Shown: positions 13,520-27,277 of the stretch, one piece after another
Layout: each line of letters opens with the position of its first letter
Numbering within the stretch: the first letter of the stretch is position 1
Source of the DNA: Octopus bimaculoides
Taxonomy: Eukaryota
DNA: 63,977 nucleotides
Direction of reading: 5' to 3'
NCBI RefSeq assembly: GCF_001194135.2
Contig: NC_068990.1
Location: 67,608,032 to 67,672,008, forward strand
Notes under the pieces: model-generated
Told to the model about the DNA's origin: nothing
The model's database searches: none
What the model saw: the letters and a program-made list of their open reading frames with translations, nothing else
Made by a program: the position numbers and the translations under genes

Positions 13520-14118
13520 NNNNNNNNNNNNNNNNNNNNNNNNNNNNNNNNNNNNNNNNNNNNNNNNNNNNNNNNNNNNNNNNNNNNNNNNNNNNNNNNN
13601 NNNNNNNNNNNNNNNNNNNNNNNNNNNNNNNNNNNNNNNNNNNNNNNNNNNNNNNNNNNNNNNNNNNNNNNNNNNNNNNNNNNNNNNNNNNNNNNNNNNN
13701 NNNNNNNNNNNNNNNNNNNNNNNNNNNNNNNNNNNNNNNNNNNNNNNNNNNNNNNNNNNNNNNNNNNNNNNNNNNNNNNNNNNNNNNNNNNNNNNNNNNN
13801 NNNNNNNNNNNNNNNNNNNNNNNNNNNNNNNNNNNNNNNNNNNNNNNNNNNNNNNNNNNNNNNNNNNNNNNNNNNNNNNNNNNNNNNNNNNNNNNNNNNN
13901 NNNNNNNNNNNNNNNNNNNNNNNNNNNNNNNNNNNNNNNNNNNNNNNNNNNNNNNNNNNNNNNNNNNNNNNNNNNNNNNNNNNNNNNNNNNNNNNNNNNN
14001 NNNNNNNNNNNNNNNNNNNNNNNNNNNNNNNNNNNNNNNNNNNNNNNNNNNNNNNNNNNNNNNNNNNNNNNNNNNNGGCTTTTATGGCTGGAAGCCTTTT
14101 TATATGTCATCAACACCA

Positions 14119-14152
<34 letters not shown>

Positions 14153-14730
14153 GCGTGTTCACACACATGCATGTTCACACACATGCATGTGCATACACAT
14201 ACACCCATTTATCTAATGACTTTGTGATTCATACTGATTCACACTGACAGACTTCTGTGCAATCTGGAAGCCCCTGTTCCTCTGGTTCTCTCACCTGCAT
14301 CACAGAGTATACTGACAGACAGAAAAAGATAGAACAAGTATATACAATGCACATTTCAACTCTGGAGTTTTGCCAGTAAATGTATGCTTTCTTTAACAAT
14401 CCATGAACACTTTGCTTATGTACCTGTTGATATACACTTGTTAATGCAACTCTAAGCAGAGTTAAAATGTGCAGCACATGCAGTTGTTACTTCTTTTCTT
14501 GTCTATGAACATATTGTGTACATAGACATAATGTTCACATTTGTTGTCATATACAGTGTTGGTTAAAAATGTATAGATATCTGGTGATGTTGTCAGTACT
14601 CCTGCCAACAATTTGTCAGCTGGTTTAGAACATTTGAAGATATGGAAAAAATCCTTGCTTGACAAACAGGTAGGGGTAAATGACAGGAAAGCTATCAGGC
14701 ATGTACAAATATACATGTGTGTGTGTATGC

Positions 14731-14804
<74 letters not shown>

Positions 14805-16045
14805 ATATATATAATCTTTTATTTATAATGATATTAGCAGATAATTGTCATTTGAAGTTCTGAGTGTGTATATAAATATGTGTCCTCATTCATACATCTA
14901 AATATTTATAAATTCAACACAGGAATGTAAATAAAGTTTATTTACATCTTCCTCTTTCAACAGATACATTTCTATAAAATTTAATACACCTCCATTGTTT
15001 GTTTGGCTATACAGACATACACATTCATACATGCACACATACTTATATACATAAAATACACACACACACATATACATACATATGGACATATATATATACA
15101 TCTGTATGTATGTATGTATGTATGTGTGTATGTGTGTGTGAGGGGGGGTATGTTTTCTTTATCTTGCCAATATATTCTGAAACAAAATGTAGACAAGAAC
15201 CAGGCAACTGGAAATATGAAACAGTTCATAAAAATCACTTCAAATTGTCTCTAGTAGCTTCTCTCATGTAGCAAAATGTTTGCTGTTGGTAANNNNNNNN
15301 NNNNNNNNNNNNNNNNNNNNNNNNNNNNNNNNNNNNNNNNNNNNNNNNNNNNNNNNNNNNNNNNNNNNNNNNNNNNNNNNNNNNNNNNNNNNNNNNNNNN
15401 NNNNNNNNNNNNNNNNNNNNNNNNNGTCTTCGTTGCTTTCTTTTGTCATCATCATCATCGTTGCCATCACCATCACCATCACCATCATAATCATCATCAT
15501 CTTTGTTATAATCTTCTTATAAACTGTGTTTTGCTACTGCTGCTGTTCATTATCTTTTTTCTTTGTCTTTAGTTTTATATCCTTATTTCATTTCATTTCT
15601 TTTTTTTTTTCTAAATTTATAAAAAAAAAAAATATTTATCATGTTTATGACTCCTCTTCCTGCTACTCCAATTCTCTTCATATCCTTCATTTTCTCTCTT
15701 TTTATAACACTTCATCATGACCATCATCATAGCTATTGTTCATGTTGACTAGGACAGATAGACAATACAAATATTGACTGGATACTACACAGACTGTTTG
15801 TGGCTGACTAGATAATGTGGACAAGTTGGCTTAGAAATAGGGAGAGAGTCAACAACTCTTATAGTTCTGATTGCAAATCTCATTGAAGCTGACTGCTTTA
15901 TCAGAATTTAGAAAATAAACACCAATGACAGGGGGAAATCAATTGCTTTTCACTACACACCACACTCTAATAAAACCCAAAATGAGTTATTATTATTATC
16001 ATCGTCTGTATTATTATTATTATCATCATCCTCATCATCATCATC

Positions 16046-16440
16046 AAAGTGGTGAGCTGGCAGGAATCATTAGCACACCGGGCAAAATGTTTAGTGATAT
16101 TCCATTCATCTTCACGTCCTGAGCTCTAATCCTACTGAGGTCGGTTTATCTTTTCAGGGTCAATGACATCAGTACAAGTTATGCACTGGGGTCAACGTAA
16201 TCAACTAGCCCCCTTCCAAAAGATTGCAGGTCTTGTGCCTATAGTAGAAAGGATCATCATCATCAACATCATCAATGTTTAGTGATATTCTGTTCATCTT
16301 TACATTCTGAGGTCTAATTCTGCTGAGGTCAATTTTGCATTTCGAGGTCAATAAAATAAGTATCAGTTTGGCACTGGGGTTGATGTAATCAATTTATCCC
16401 CTCCCCTGAAACTGCTGGCCTTGAGTCAAAACTTGAAATC
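16046..16440 (+). mobile_element. Two tandem SINE A copies (16046-16257, about 16275-16440)
   Basis: ggtgagctggcaggaatcattagcacaccgggcaaaatg head. Tails end gtagaaagg and cttgaaatc. Confidence 0.8.
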
Positions 16441-16450
16441 ATTATCATCC

Positions 16451-16482
<32 letters not shown>

Positions 16483-17437
16483 TTCTTTTATTGTTGTTAT
16501 TGTTGTTGTTCTTAATATTCTTATTGCCAGACAATAGCTGAGGAGATAGTTGAGAAGGCTAAACTAAATCTTTTATAGAATTTGGTTTTTTCTCTATCAG
16601 GTCTGAGACTCTTGCAGAGTTGAGAAAATGCGAATTGTTAACCTTTTTTTTTTTAAATTTTCATTTTGTTTTTCCTGTCTTCAGTCAGTGGCCAACATTC
16701 ATTCTGGGTCATCACTTATCATGATTTTTCACCAATCATATCAACCCCAACACTNNNNNNNNNNNNNNNNNNNNNNNNNNNNNNNNNNNNNNNNNNNNNN
16801 NNNNNNNNNNNNNNNNNNNNNNNNNNNNNNNNNNNNNNNNNNNNNNNNNNNNNNNNNNNNNNNNNNNNNNNNNNNNNNNNNNNNNNNNNNNNNNNNNNNN
16901 NNNNNNNNNNNNNNNNNNNNNNNNNNNNNNNNNNNNNNNNNNNNNNNNNNNNNNNNNNNNNNNNNNNNNNNNNNNNNNNNNNNNNNNNNNNNNNNNNNNN
17001 NNNNNNNNNNNNNNNNNNNNNNNNNNNNNNNNNNNNNNNNNNNNNNNNNNNNNNNNNNNNNNNNNNNNNNNNNNNNNNNNNNNNNNNNNNNNNNNNNNNN
17101 NNNNNNNNNNNNNNNNNNNNAACGTTGCCTGGTGTGAACACAATTCCAATGACGTAATTTATGGACACACTCTACCCATCTCTATTATTGTTGCTCAATG
17201 CATGGTTGGCCACTACTATCTTGTTGACCAGCATGTCGTATCAAATTGTCTTTACGTCTATGTGTTTAATTATCTCAGAGAGGTTTGATTGATGAGCTGA
17301 ATACATAAAATAGATATTTGGTTGTTGATTAAGAGCTTGTATATATATATATATATATTTAGGATGTCCTTTTGTGGTGCTCTCTTTTTCTTTTAAATCT
17401 TTTACGAAATATCCCTTAAACAGTAAGGAAATCAACA

Positions 17438-17760
17438 GTATCATGATGACTATGATGATGATGATGTTGATGAAGGTATTGGTGACAGGCTGTGGAGGTG
17501 TTGATGATGATGATGGGAACATAGTGTTGGAGGTGGTGATATTGATGATTATGAAGACTATGATGATGAAAATGGCAATTACAATGATGGCAGTGGTGTT
17601 TATGAAGAGTTTGATTGATGATGATGGCAACAACAGGGATGGTGATGGTGGTGGCTGAAGTGGTGGAAGTAGGGGTGGTGGTGATAGCACTAGTGGCTGT
17701 AGAGGAGCTGTTGATGGTGATGATGATGACCCAGAAGTACACTGAGGTTGTGACAGAAGA
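17438..17760. repeat. Degenerate (GAT/GGT)n trinucleotide mosaic
   Basis: Visible low-complexity run. It accounts for the poly-M/V/D/H ORFs in the track. Confidence 0.85.
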
Positions 17761-17844
17761 AAGGAGAGAGGGGGGATACACTGGTAGTCAGCTGGTCCTT
17801 AATTTGAACTAAGTAGGAAGACTAAGCAAAATAGTGAAATCAAG

Positions 17845-17945
17845 TTCTTGGCTCAAGGACACAAAACACTATCTGGTCCAGGAATCAAACTCATGACCTT
17901 ATGGTAATGAGCCAAACATCCTAATCACTATGCCACATATCTTCC
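17845..17945 (-). mobile_element. SINE family H head fragment
   Basis: Reverse complement reads tggcatagtgattagg (A box), gagtttgattcc (B box), gtgtccttgagc. Confidence 0.7.
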
Positions 17946-18049
17946 AATACCCCTCATTGCGGAAGAAGATTGGGTACATCTTCTCCAAAGAGTAGTCAAT
18001 AAATCCTTGTAATACAGACGACAAAAACATTCAGTAAATTACTTCAAAA

Positions 18050-18270
18050 CATGGCATAAATCACATTGAAACAATGGTGGACTCTTGATCGGAAGATTAT
18101 GGTTTCAATTTCTAGACCAAGCAACGTGTTGTCTTCTTGAGCAAAATACTTCATTTCATGTTGCTCCAGCTGGCAAAATGAGTAATCTTGTGACAGACCA
18201 GAATCCTATCCAGGTGGGGTATATATATATGCCATGAAACCAGGAAACTGATCCTTTACCTTTAATGAAA
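18050..18270 (+). mobile_element. SINE family H copy
   Basis: gtgttgtcttcttgagcaaaatacttcatttcatgttgctccagctggcaaaatgagtaat matches the reverse complement of 51895-52145. Confidence 0.7.
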
Positions 18271-18534
18271 CAATGGAGTTGTTTAACCCATATCAATGTC
18301 AGGACTGATGCAAAATTGATATTAAACTCATGTTCAATGCCAACTCCACCCTTAATGAGCATATACACCCCTTCCTCCTATTTGGGCTCTTTTACTGTTC
18401 ACTTTCCTGTGGTTTTATAGCTGTTTTTTTCACCTGGCTTATGACTGTTTTCTCTCCCCTCTTTTGATATTTCTGGATGAGCTGTAGAGCACAGGAGTAT
18501 TGTATACAACAAGCTCATTATCATTATCATTATT

Positions 18535-18870
18535 CATCATCATCATCATCGTCGTTTTAACGTCCGCTTTCCACGCTAGCATGGGTTGGACGATTTTACT
18601 GAGGACTGGTGGACCAGGTGGCTACACCAGGCTCCAATCTAATTTGGCAGAGTTTCTACAGCTGGATGCCCTTCCTAACGCCAACCACTCCGAGAGTGTA
18701 GTGGGTGCTTTTACGTGTCACTGGCATGAAGGTCAGTCAGGCAGTACTGGCAATGGCCATGCTCGAAATGGTGTATTTTACGTGCCACCTGCACAGGAGC
18801 CAGTCCAGTGGTGCTGGTAACGATCTCGCTCGAATGTCTTTTCATGTTCCACTGGCATAAGTGCCAGGAA
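18535..18870 (-). mobile_element. Family D retroposon 3' part ending in (GAT)n
   Basis: catcatc-gttttaacgtccgctttcca-gctagcatgggttggacg...gctggatgcccttcctaacgccaaccactc. Near-identical to 37805-37967. Confidence 0.85.
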
Positions 18871-18875
18871 GGCGA

Positions 18876-18923
<48 letters not shown>

Positions 18924-18924
18924 C

Positions 18925-19110
18925 AAGGCAGCATGCTGGTAGAATTGTTAGTTCACCAAGAGTATTGCTTAGCAGCATTTCATCTGCTTAAACATTCTGA
19001 GTTTTAATTCTGCCATAGTAAACATTGCCTTTCATTCTTTCATGGTTAATAAAAGGAGTACCAGGTGGGGTGTCAATGTATCCCACAAAACTGCTGGACT
19101 TGTACCCAAA
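18925..19110 (+). mobile_element. SINE A copy
   Basis: gctggtagaattgttag head, ttgcctttcattc core, aaaatttgaaat tail. Confidence 0.7.
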
Positions 19111-19292
19111 ATTTGAAATAATCATCATCATCATCATTATTATCATTATGAAAAGCACCATCACCACTACCATCATCAATATCATCATCTTCATCACCAC
19201 CATCACTATCATGATCATTATCAGCATCATCACCATCACTACCACTATATTTTAGCACAATTGTTTTAATAACTTTCTCATCATCATCATCT

Positions 19293-19346
<54 letters not shown>

Positions 19347-19588
19347 TTTCATCTCAGCCACCAGCTTTCTCATTAACAATAACTCTATCATTGTTACCTC
19401 TTATTATAATCACCAACATAATTATTGTGAAGCAGCCACCATACACAAACGAGGAACAATAACTGCTCATATTTGTCTACATATGAAAATCTTTATGCTC
19501 ACACATATACACATGCTAAAAAATAATAATTACAGTAGATTTTACACCAACATTTCTGAAATTGCAAATGCCTGAAGCTAGCATGTGT

Positions 19589-19663
<75 letters not shown>

Positions 19664-19745
19664 TGTGTTGTTATTGACAGAATTTTTATCTCTTCTACAG
19701 TAGGGTGACCTTGTATTTACTTTTCTATATATTGCTGCACTCCCT

Positions 19746-19783
<38 letters not shown>

Positions 19784-20664
19784 ACAAACACACACAAACA
19801 CACACACACACTTCAACACTCAGACACACTAAGCATACAATTTCGCATGATTACATTATGCCCTATTTTACCAAAATACTATGTCTATTTATGTATATAT
19901 ATTTTTTGTGTGTGTGTTTTACAATTCATTGATTTATGACACAAATGTACAGCTTTGGAATATTGGTAAATATTGCTGTTATAGAATGTGTCTATATGTT
20001 GACCCTCTTTGGTACAAACATTTTTTTCTTTTGCTTCATTAGAGAAAATGACTACATACATGTACATATTTATATGTAGGCATGTATATGCAGATAGATA
20101 TATAGACTAATGAAGATAGAGTCTCAGTATATATATATATATATACATATATGTACGTATGTGTATATACATACATAGACATATAAGCATAATCACAATA
20201 CCATCTTCCACATGAATCCAGGTACATACACATATACATGCATTTACATACAGTTGCAGATACCCATAGTTTTAAAAACTTGCTATGAATGCACACACAC
20301 ACACGTACTCACACACATTATGGACTCTCATCCTAGATGACATGATAGTTCCACAATTTCATGTTGAAAAACCTGCACAGATGATTTGTTTATATTAATA
20401 GTTATTAAATGTGTGCTATACATTAGCTCACTCCTTCCATCAAATCAACATTGCTTGTACAAGTGCAGAAGAGTGCCACAATGTCCAATATTGAAACTAT
20501 TGCAGAGCAACGTAGGACAAAGTGTTTTGCTCAACAATACAATATACAGCCTGGTGGGGGAATCAAAACCACACTCTCATGATTGACCATGTGCACTCAC
20601 CCCAAGCATACACGTATCTATAACACATATCTATAATGATACATATCTATGTATGTATCATTAT

Positions 20665-20880
20665 CATCATCATTTAATACCCGTTTTCCATGCTGGTATG
20701 GATTAGATGGTTTGACTGGAGGTGGTAAGTTGGAGAGCTGCACCAGGCTCCAGTGTGTGGATTTGGTTTCTACAGCTCAATGCCTTTCCTAGTGCCAACC
20801 ACTCTACAGAGTGTACTGAGTACCTTTTACATGTCACCAGCACAGATGCCATTAATGTGTCACTGACACTGGCCATGACT
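20665..20880 (-). mobile_element. Family D copy
   Basis: catcatcatttaatacccgttttccatgctgg...gccaaccactctacagagtgt. Confidence 0.75.
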
Positions 20881-21394
20881 TCACTTTTGTTGTTTTCGTT
20901 TTTGATTGTGGAATAATTACTGTTGCAGTTATGAACTGGAGGTTTGAGAAGATGGCAGAGATGATAGTACTATTCATTTCATGGTAGAAGTGCTTTCTTT
21001 TCTCATCTGAGAACATGACTTCCCATCCTCTTAACTCTATCTTTGTATTTCCAGTTGATATATGCATTACATTTACTACAATACAAAAAATCCCCACAAA
21101 GAACCCATTGCTGATCATAATACTATCACCAACACCAACATCATCAGACCAATACCTCAGAACTACAATGCAATCAATCAATCAATCAATCAATCAATCT
21201 AATCAATAAGGCAACTAACTCTCCTCTTTGATCTATGAATTAAGAGCTACATGTTTTTAAATAAAACACAATACATGACTACTTGATCCTGGAGGAATGA
21301 AAGGCAAAGATGGCCTTAGTGGAATTAGTGAGAAGAAATATTCCAAAGTTCAAATGTTTCTGCTACTTCACTGCTTTTCTATATTGCACTATGT

Positions 21395-21960
21395 AGGCAC
21401 AAGGCTTTGCACTATAGGGTACTACATAGACACAAGACCTGAAATTGGTGGTGGTGGTGGTGGGGGTTAGTCAATTAGATCAATGTCAATGCTCAACTGG
21501 TACTTATTTTACTGAATCCAAATGGGTGAAAGGTAAAGTTGATCACAGTGTAATTTGAATTCAGAATGTAAAGATGAATGAAATGCCACTAAGCGTTTTG
21601 TCTAAAATGCTAAATAATGTTGTCAACTTAAATATAAATAAAGTGGAAGTATACAGAAATAAACATTATTTTCCCTTTCACTGTTTTGTTTCATTTTGAA
21701 AAATAAAAATTTGAATTACATCATCTTTTATGGGGGCACCAAAATATTTTGAGCACTTAGGGCCTCAAAAGGCCTGAAATTTTAGAGGAGGGGGTTGATG
21801 ATTACATCAACTCAAGCATTCAACTAATACTTATTTTATTGATCTCAGAAGGATGAAAGGCAAAGTCAATCTCAACAGAATTTGAACACGGAACATAAAG
21901 TCAGTAGAAATGTCACTAAGTATGTTGTCAAACATGCTAATGATTCTGTCAGCTCATCAA
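21395..21960 (-). mobile_element. Two SINE A copies (about 21395-21630, 21770-21960)
   Basis: cacaaggcctgaaatt, ggatgaaaggcaaagtc and gaatttgaa motifs. Confidence 0.75.
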
Positions 21961-22777
21961 AACAATACAACTATTAGCACTGACTTCAATACTACAAGTA
22001 GCTTCATCGCTAAGGAACCCAAACCACTTGATGGCTTGGGCACTCTGGAGTAAACATTTAATCTGCTAATCATATTCTTCTACAAGTACTCTGTGATAAC
22101 ACAGAATTAATATTATACGTGGTTGAAATCAAACAACCTCAATACAACCAGTTCTACTTCCACTAAACCAAACAAATTGGAATTCTGTTAATAATCAATA
22201 GAATTCTCAAAATTAAAATATTTAATTCAATTTTCATAACAAAAATATATGTACAAAAAAAAAATGCAAAAATTTTATAAAATAAGATTCTAACAAAATC
22301 TTCATTGAAAATTTAACCCACTTTAAGTGAGGTAAGAAAAAATTCTCAAAGCATTTTTGCAAAATTCTTAATAACTAAAATTCCATGCTAGCATTTTACA
22401 CTTATCAATTGTGTGGCAATTGGTGCATGTGCGTATGTGTGTGTGTTTGTGGGGGGGGGGTGTATGCCTGTTTTTGCATATGCATGGATATAGAGCTGTG
22501 CCTATATGTGTGTTTATGTACATGTGTATGCATACATACACACAAACACACACACACACCTATGTATGAATATATATGTACGTACGCAAATTTATGCATG
22601 TTTGCAAATAATATTTGTGCACACGCATACATATGTATGTAAATATCTGTAATTGTTTCTATTTATGTTTGTGCTTGTGTGTGTGTGAAAAAGTGTTAGC
22701 AAATTTACCAAGAGCACAATGTATTGTGTATATTTGCATATACACATGCATAACCATCTTTTCAATCTTCCTCTCAA

Positions 22778-22808
<31 letters not shown>

Positions 22809-23772
22809 GTGTGTGTGTGCGTGTGTGTGTGTGTGTGTGAGTGTGTGTGTGTGTTAAATGTACATGTATCTCTATCTCTCCCTACATAAATACATATATA
22901 TACATACCGAGACACACATATATACATACATATACATGTATACGCACACATATACATATGTACATGCACAAATGAAACTATTACTGTATTCATCAACACA
23001 CATACATGCACACATATACAAAAACACATGCAAATACATATACAAATACACAGACATACCCAGCCACAAGCATACACACATACACACACAGTGAAACACA
23101 CATATACATATATACATACATTCATACACACACACACAGACACAAACACACACACATGTATATTGGTACTCTTGAGGAAGTGTTTTAATTTGTTGCAGCC
23201 TACAAATAGATGCAATCAAGACCTCATTTAACTTTCCATTCTAGAATAGCTGCAATAATGGAATTCATTGATCTATATGTAGATCTGTAAAAGGCATTGC
23301 ATAGAAACAAAAAGAAAAAAAGAAAAACAAAGACAATAAGACAACAACAACAACACAGAATTTATGTTTGGGGTGGAATAAATTTCAGATTTATGAATGT
23401 CAAGTGAGAGAGATAAATAATAGGAAATAAGGAATATGAGGTAGTAAAGCATTAGGGAACTTAAGGTAAGAGAATAGGTTGCAATAATGTATAAGGATAG
23501 AAGGTAGGATGATATCATAGTAGTAGTATGTTTAAATAGGACAGGGAATAATAGAATGAAATAGGACAGGGAACAATAGAAGGAAATAATAGTACATATG
23601 AGTATGAGGTAGTGAAGAAGTAGCAGAGCTTATTGGGCAGAAGGGATGTTACAATAGAAAAGAGGGTAGAAGAGTATAGCAGGGTATATGAGGATATAGC
23701 ACAGAAAATGCTGATGATGTTGATAGTGGTGATGGCATGAGAGTGATGATGATGATGATGATAATAATAATC

Positions 23773-25150
23773 CTTTCTACTAAAAGTACAAGGCATGAAA
23801 TTTGTGGGACGGGGATAGTCGATGAGATTGACCCCAGTGTTTCACAGGTACTTAATTTATCAACCCCCAAAAGGATGAAAGGCAAAGTCGACCTCGGCAG
23901 AATTTGTACTCAGAATATAGTGGCAGACAAATGCCACTATAATGATAATAATAATGGACTGAAATTTTGGCACAAGTCCAGAAATTTGGGGGAAGAGGCT
24001 AAGTTATATTGACCCCAGTATTCAACTGGTACTTATATTATTGACACCGAAAGGATGAAGGGTAAAGTCGACCTCAGTGGAATTTGAACTTAGAATGTAT
24101 AGATGGGTAAAATGCTAAACATTAAGCATTTTGTCCAACATGCTAATAATTCTGCTAGCTCACTGCCTTAATTATAATAATAATAATAATGCTTTCTATT
24201 ATAGGCACAAGGCCTGAAATTCTGGAGGAGGGGAGTAGTTGACTACATCAAAGTGTTACTTTATTGACTTAATTTATTATATCAAACTGGTACTTAATTT
24301 ATTGACTCTAAAAGGATGAAAGGCAAAGTCAACGTCAGCAGAGTTTAATAATAATAATAATAATAATAATAATAGAAACTTTCAGGATACAAAGACCTGG
24401 AAATAGAGGTAACTCGAATGTGGAATCTAAAAATAGAAACAATTCCTATCATAGTAGGTGCCTTAGGTATAATAAAAAAATATTCAGACAAATACATAAC
24501 AAAAACACCAGGACTTACAAATATATATAACATACAGAAAATTGCACTACTGGGCACTGCACACATCCTACGCAAAACACTTTCAATACAGTAACCATAA
24601 GAGCATCACAGCAAACCACAGCACATACCCAAGGCACACAGAGCTGTGCTCGGTAGTGAAGTGAAAGCACGTTATAAAAATAAAACTACTGAATAATAAC
24701 AATAATAATAATAATAATAATAATTTTTTACACTATAGGCACAAGGCCTGAAATTTGGGGGAGAGGATAAGTTGATTACATTGGCTCTAATACTCATCTG
24801 ATACTTATTTTACCAAACCCAAAAGGATGAAAGACAAATTCCACCTTGGCCGAATTTGAACTCAGAACGTGAAGAGAGACAAAATACTGCTAAGCATTTC
24901 ACTTGGCATGCTAACGATAGTAATAACGATGATAATAATAATCCTTTCTAATAAAGGAACAAGGCCTGGAATTTTTGGGGAAGAGGATGAGTGAATTAGA
25001 TCGACCCTCAATGCTCAGCTGGTACTTATTTTATCGACCTTAAAAGAATGAAAGGTAAAGCCAACTCTGGCAGCATTTGAACTCAGAACATAACGATGAA
25101 TGAAATGCCATTAGGCATTCTACCCAGCTAGCTTATGATTCTGCCAGCGC
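23773..25150 (-). mobile_element. Train of 5 SINE A copies (23773-23930, 23955-24170, 24190-24346, 24725-24920, 24941-25150) interrupted by a Dong fragment
   Basis: Repeated tcctttctact...cacaaggcctgaaatt...ggatgaaaggcaaagtcgacctc...gaatttgaactcagaa units separated by (AAT)n. Confidence 0.85.
24374..24691 (+). mobile_element. 5'-truncated R4/Dong-clade element: end of the RLE domain plus 3' UTR, inserted into (TAA)n
   Basis: Uninterrupted frame 24376-24594: KLSGYKDLEIEVTRMWNLKIETIPIIVGALGIIKKYSDKYITKTPGLTNIYNIQKIALLGTAHILRKTLSIQ*. (AAT)n on both sides. About 100 nt of UTR ends aataaaactactg. Confidence 0.9.
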
Positions 25151-25374
25151 AAAAGAGACATTAGCTGAGATTACTCAGATAAGGATAAATAACATAGATG
25201 CTGTAGAGGAAGTCAACAGGTAGATGTCTTGAGCCATGTAGCTTGGAGTTCAATCCCACTGCAGAGCCAATGCTTGCTTATGTCATCTATTATAAACTGC
25301 AGGTTGACCAATACCTAGTGAATGAAATTTGGTCAACAGAAACTAGAATAAGTCCATCATATGTGTATGTATGT

Positions 25375-25520
25375 GGTCAAGAGATTTGCTTGTCAAACCT
25401 ATGATTTTAGGTTCAGTCCAACTGCATGGCACCTTAAGTAAGTGTCTACTACTATAACACCAGGCAAATCAAAGCCCTGTGAGTAGATTTAGTGAACAGA
25501 AATTGAAAGAAGGCCATCAA

Positions 25521-25569
<49 letters not shown>

Positions 25570-25930
25570 AGATCATCATCATCATCATCATTTAATGTCC
25601 ATTTTCCATGCTGGCAAGGGTCTAATGGCTTGGCCTGAGCTGGTAAGGCCAGGAGCTTCACCAGAATCCATTGTCTGATCTGACATGGTTTCTATTACTG
25701 GATGCCCTTCCTAATATCAACCACTCCAGTGTGCTGGGTGCTTTTTATGTGGCACCAGCACCAGTGCTTTTCACAAACACACACATGCACACATGTGTAT
25801 ATGTATGTTTGTGTGTGTGTGTGTCAGTGTGAGTATGTTTGTATCTCTTTACCTTGACTGCGTGTGTTAGCTGTAAACAAGGTTCACCATCATACAAACT
25901 GTGTCATTCACTTCTTAATTTCTGTTGTTG
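25375..25930 (+). mobile_element. SINE C2 (head 25375-25520, body 25790-25930) with a minus-strand family D copy nested at about 25573-25770
   Basis: C head ggttcagtccaactgcatggcacctt...caaagccctgtgagtagattt, then (TG)n, then catcatcatttaatgtccattttccatgc and gatgcccttcctaat. Confidence 0.65.
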
Positions 25931-25947
25931 TAGATAATAGGATTGAA

Positions 25948-26130
25948 TAAGGCAGTGAGCTGGCAGAATCATTTGCACACCAGGCAAAATGCATAGTGAG
26001 TTCAAATTCTGCATGGGTCGTCTTTGGCTTTCATCTTTTCAGGGCCATAAAATAAGTACCAGTTGAGTACTGAGGTCAATGTAATCACTCGCCTGAAATT
26101 TCTGGCCTTGTGCAAAAATTTGAAACCAGT
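25948..26130 (+). mobile_element. SINE A copy
   Basis: aaggcagtgagctggcagaatc...gagttcaaattc...ggccttgtgcaaaaatttgaaacc. Confidence 0.8.
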
Positions 26131-26216
26131 AATAGGACTGAATGAAGGAGAGGAAAGAGAGGATGAATGTCAATAAGGAGAAGCCTTAGCATGAGGAATA
26201 ATTACTGATATAGGAA

Positions 26217-26394
26217 CAGGAGTAGCTGTGTGGTAAGTAGCTTGCTTACCAACCACATGGTCCCGGGTTCAGTCCCACTGTGTGGCATCTTGGGCAAGTG
26301 TCTTCTACTACAGCCTCGGGACAACCAAAGCCTTGTGAGTGGATTTGGTAAATGGAAACTGGAAGAAGCCCATCGTATATGTATATATAAATAA

Positions 26395-26448
<54 letters not shown>

Positions 26449-26646
26449 TTGTGTGTCTGTTTGTCCCCCCAGCATCGCTTGACAACTGATGCTGGCATGT
26501 TTGCATCCCTGTAACCTAGCGGTTCGGCAAAAGAGACCGATAAAATAAGTATTAGGCTTACAAGGAATAAGCTCTGGGGTCAATTTGCTTGACTATAAAA
26601 GCAGTGCTCCAGCATGGCCGCAGTCAAATGACAGAAACATGTAAAA

Positions 26647-26650
<4 letters not shown>
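26217..26650 (+). mobile_element. Full-length SINE C1 (tRNA head, CORE-like ttgggcaagtg, internal (TA)n(TG)n, tail 1)
   Basis: gtagctgtgtggtaag (A box), gggttcagtccc (B box), tcttgggcaagtgtcttc, microsatellite, then cagcatcgcttgacaac...gcagtgctccagcatggccgcagtcaaatgac. Confidence 0.85.
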
Positions 26651-26693
<43 letters not shown>

Positions 26694-26719
26694 GCGTGGG
26701 GGTATCCTTTTCTTGGTAC

Positions 26720-26930
26720 TTTGTGATAATTGTAAATGAGCATCACTGTCACACAAGTAATGCCATTCATCTCCAGCCTTCTGTGAAAAACACATTTGTC
26801 CGAAGGGAAATATCACTTTGCAAGGCGACGGGTAAGGGTTAGTGACAGGAAGGTCACCTGGCCCCAGGAAATCTGCCTCATCAAATTCTATCTGACCCAT
26901 GCAAGAAAACTGGGCATTAAAGCAATGATG
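26720..26930 (+). mobile_element. D'-type tail (family C2 3' module)
   Basis: gggaaatatcac...gggttagtgacaggaagg...tgacccatgcaag...taaagcaatgatgat. Confidence 0.65.
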
Positions 26931-27277
26931 ATATACATACACTCGCATACGTATATATGCATTTATGTACATATGTTTTTGTATATGTACACACACACAC
27001 ATACACATGCACACACATTTACACATGTGTGTGGGTGTGCAGGCATGCATATGCATCTGCATGTCTGTATAAATACATACTTTGAAAGTGTGTATATACA
27101 TAAACACAACCACCGTCTCATGTATGTGTATGCATATAATGCATATATGATTGCGGAGAGTGACACAAAAGAACAAAGATTGTCAAATCGATGATGAAAG
27201 GGTCTTATTTGAATATTATAAGGGATACAACAATGTAATGTATGGTTCGATTGAAGTCTGCACATCTTAACAAGGGC

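Noticed and set aside
17241-17812. His/Ile/Met/Asp-rich ORFs (also 19.0, 59.7 kb)
   Set aside because: Translations of (GAT/GGT/CAT)n microsatellite mosaics.
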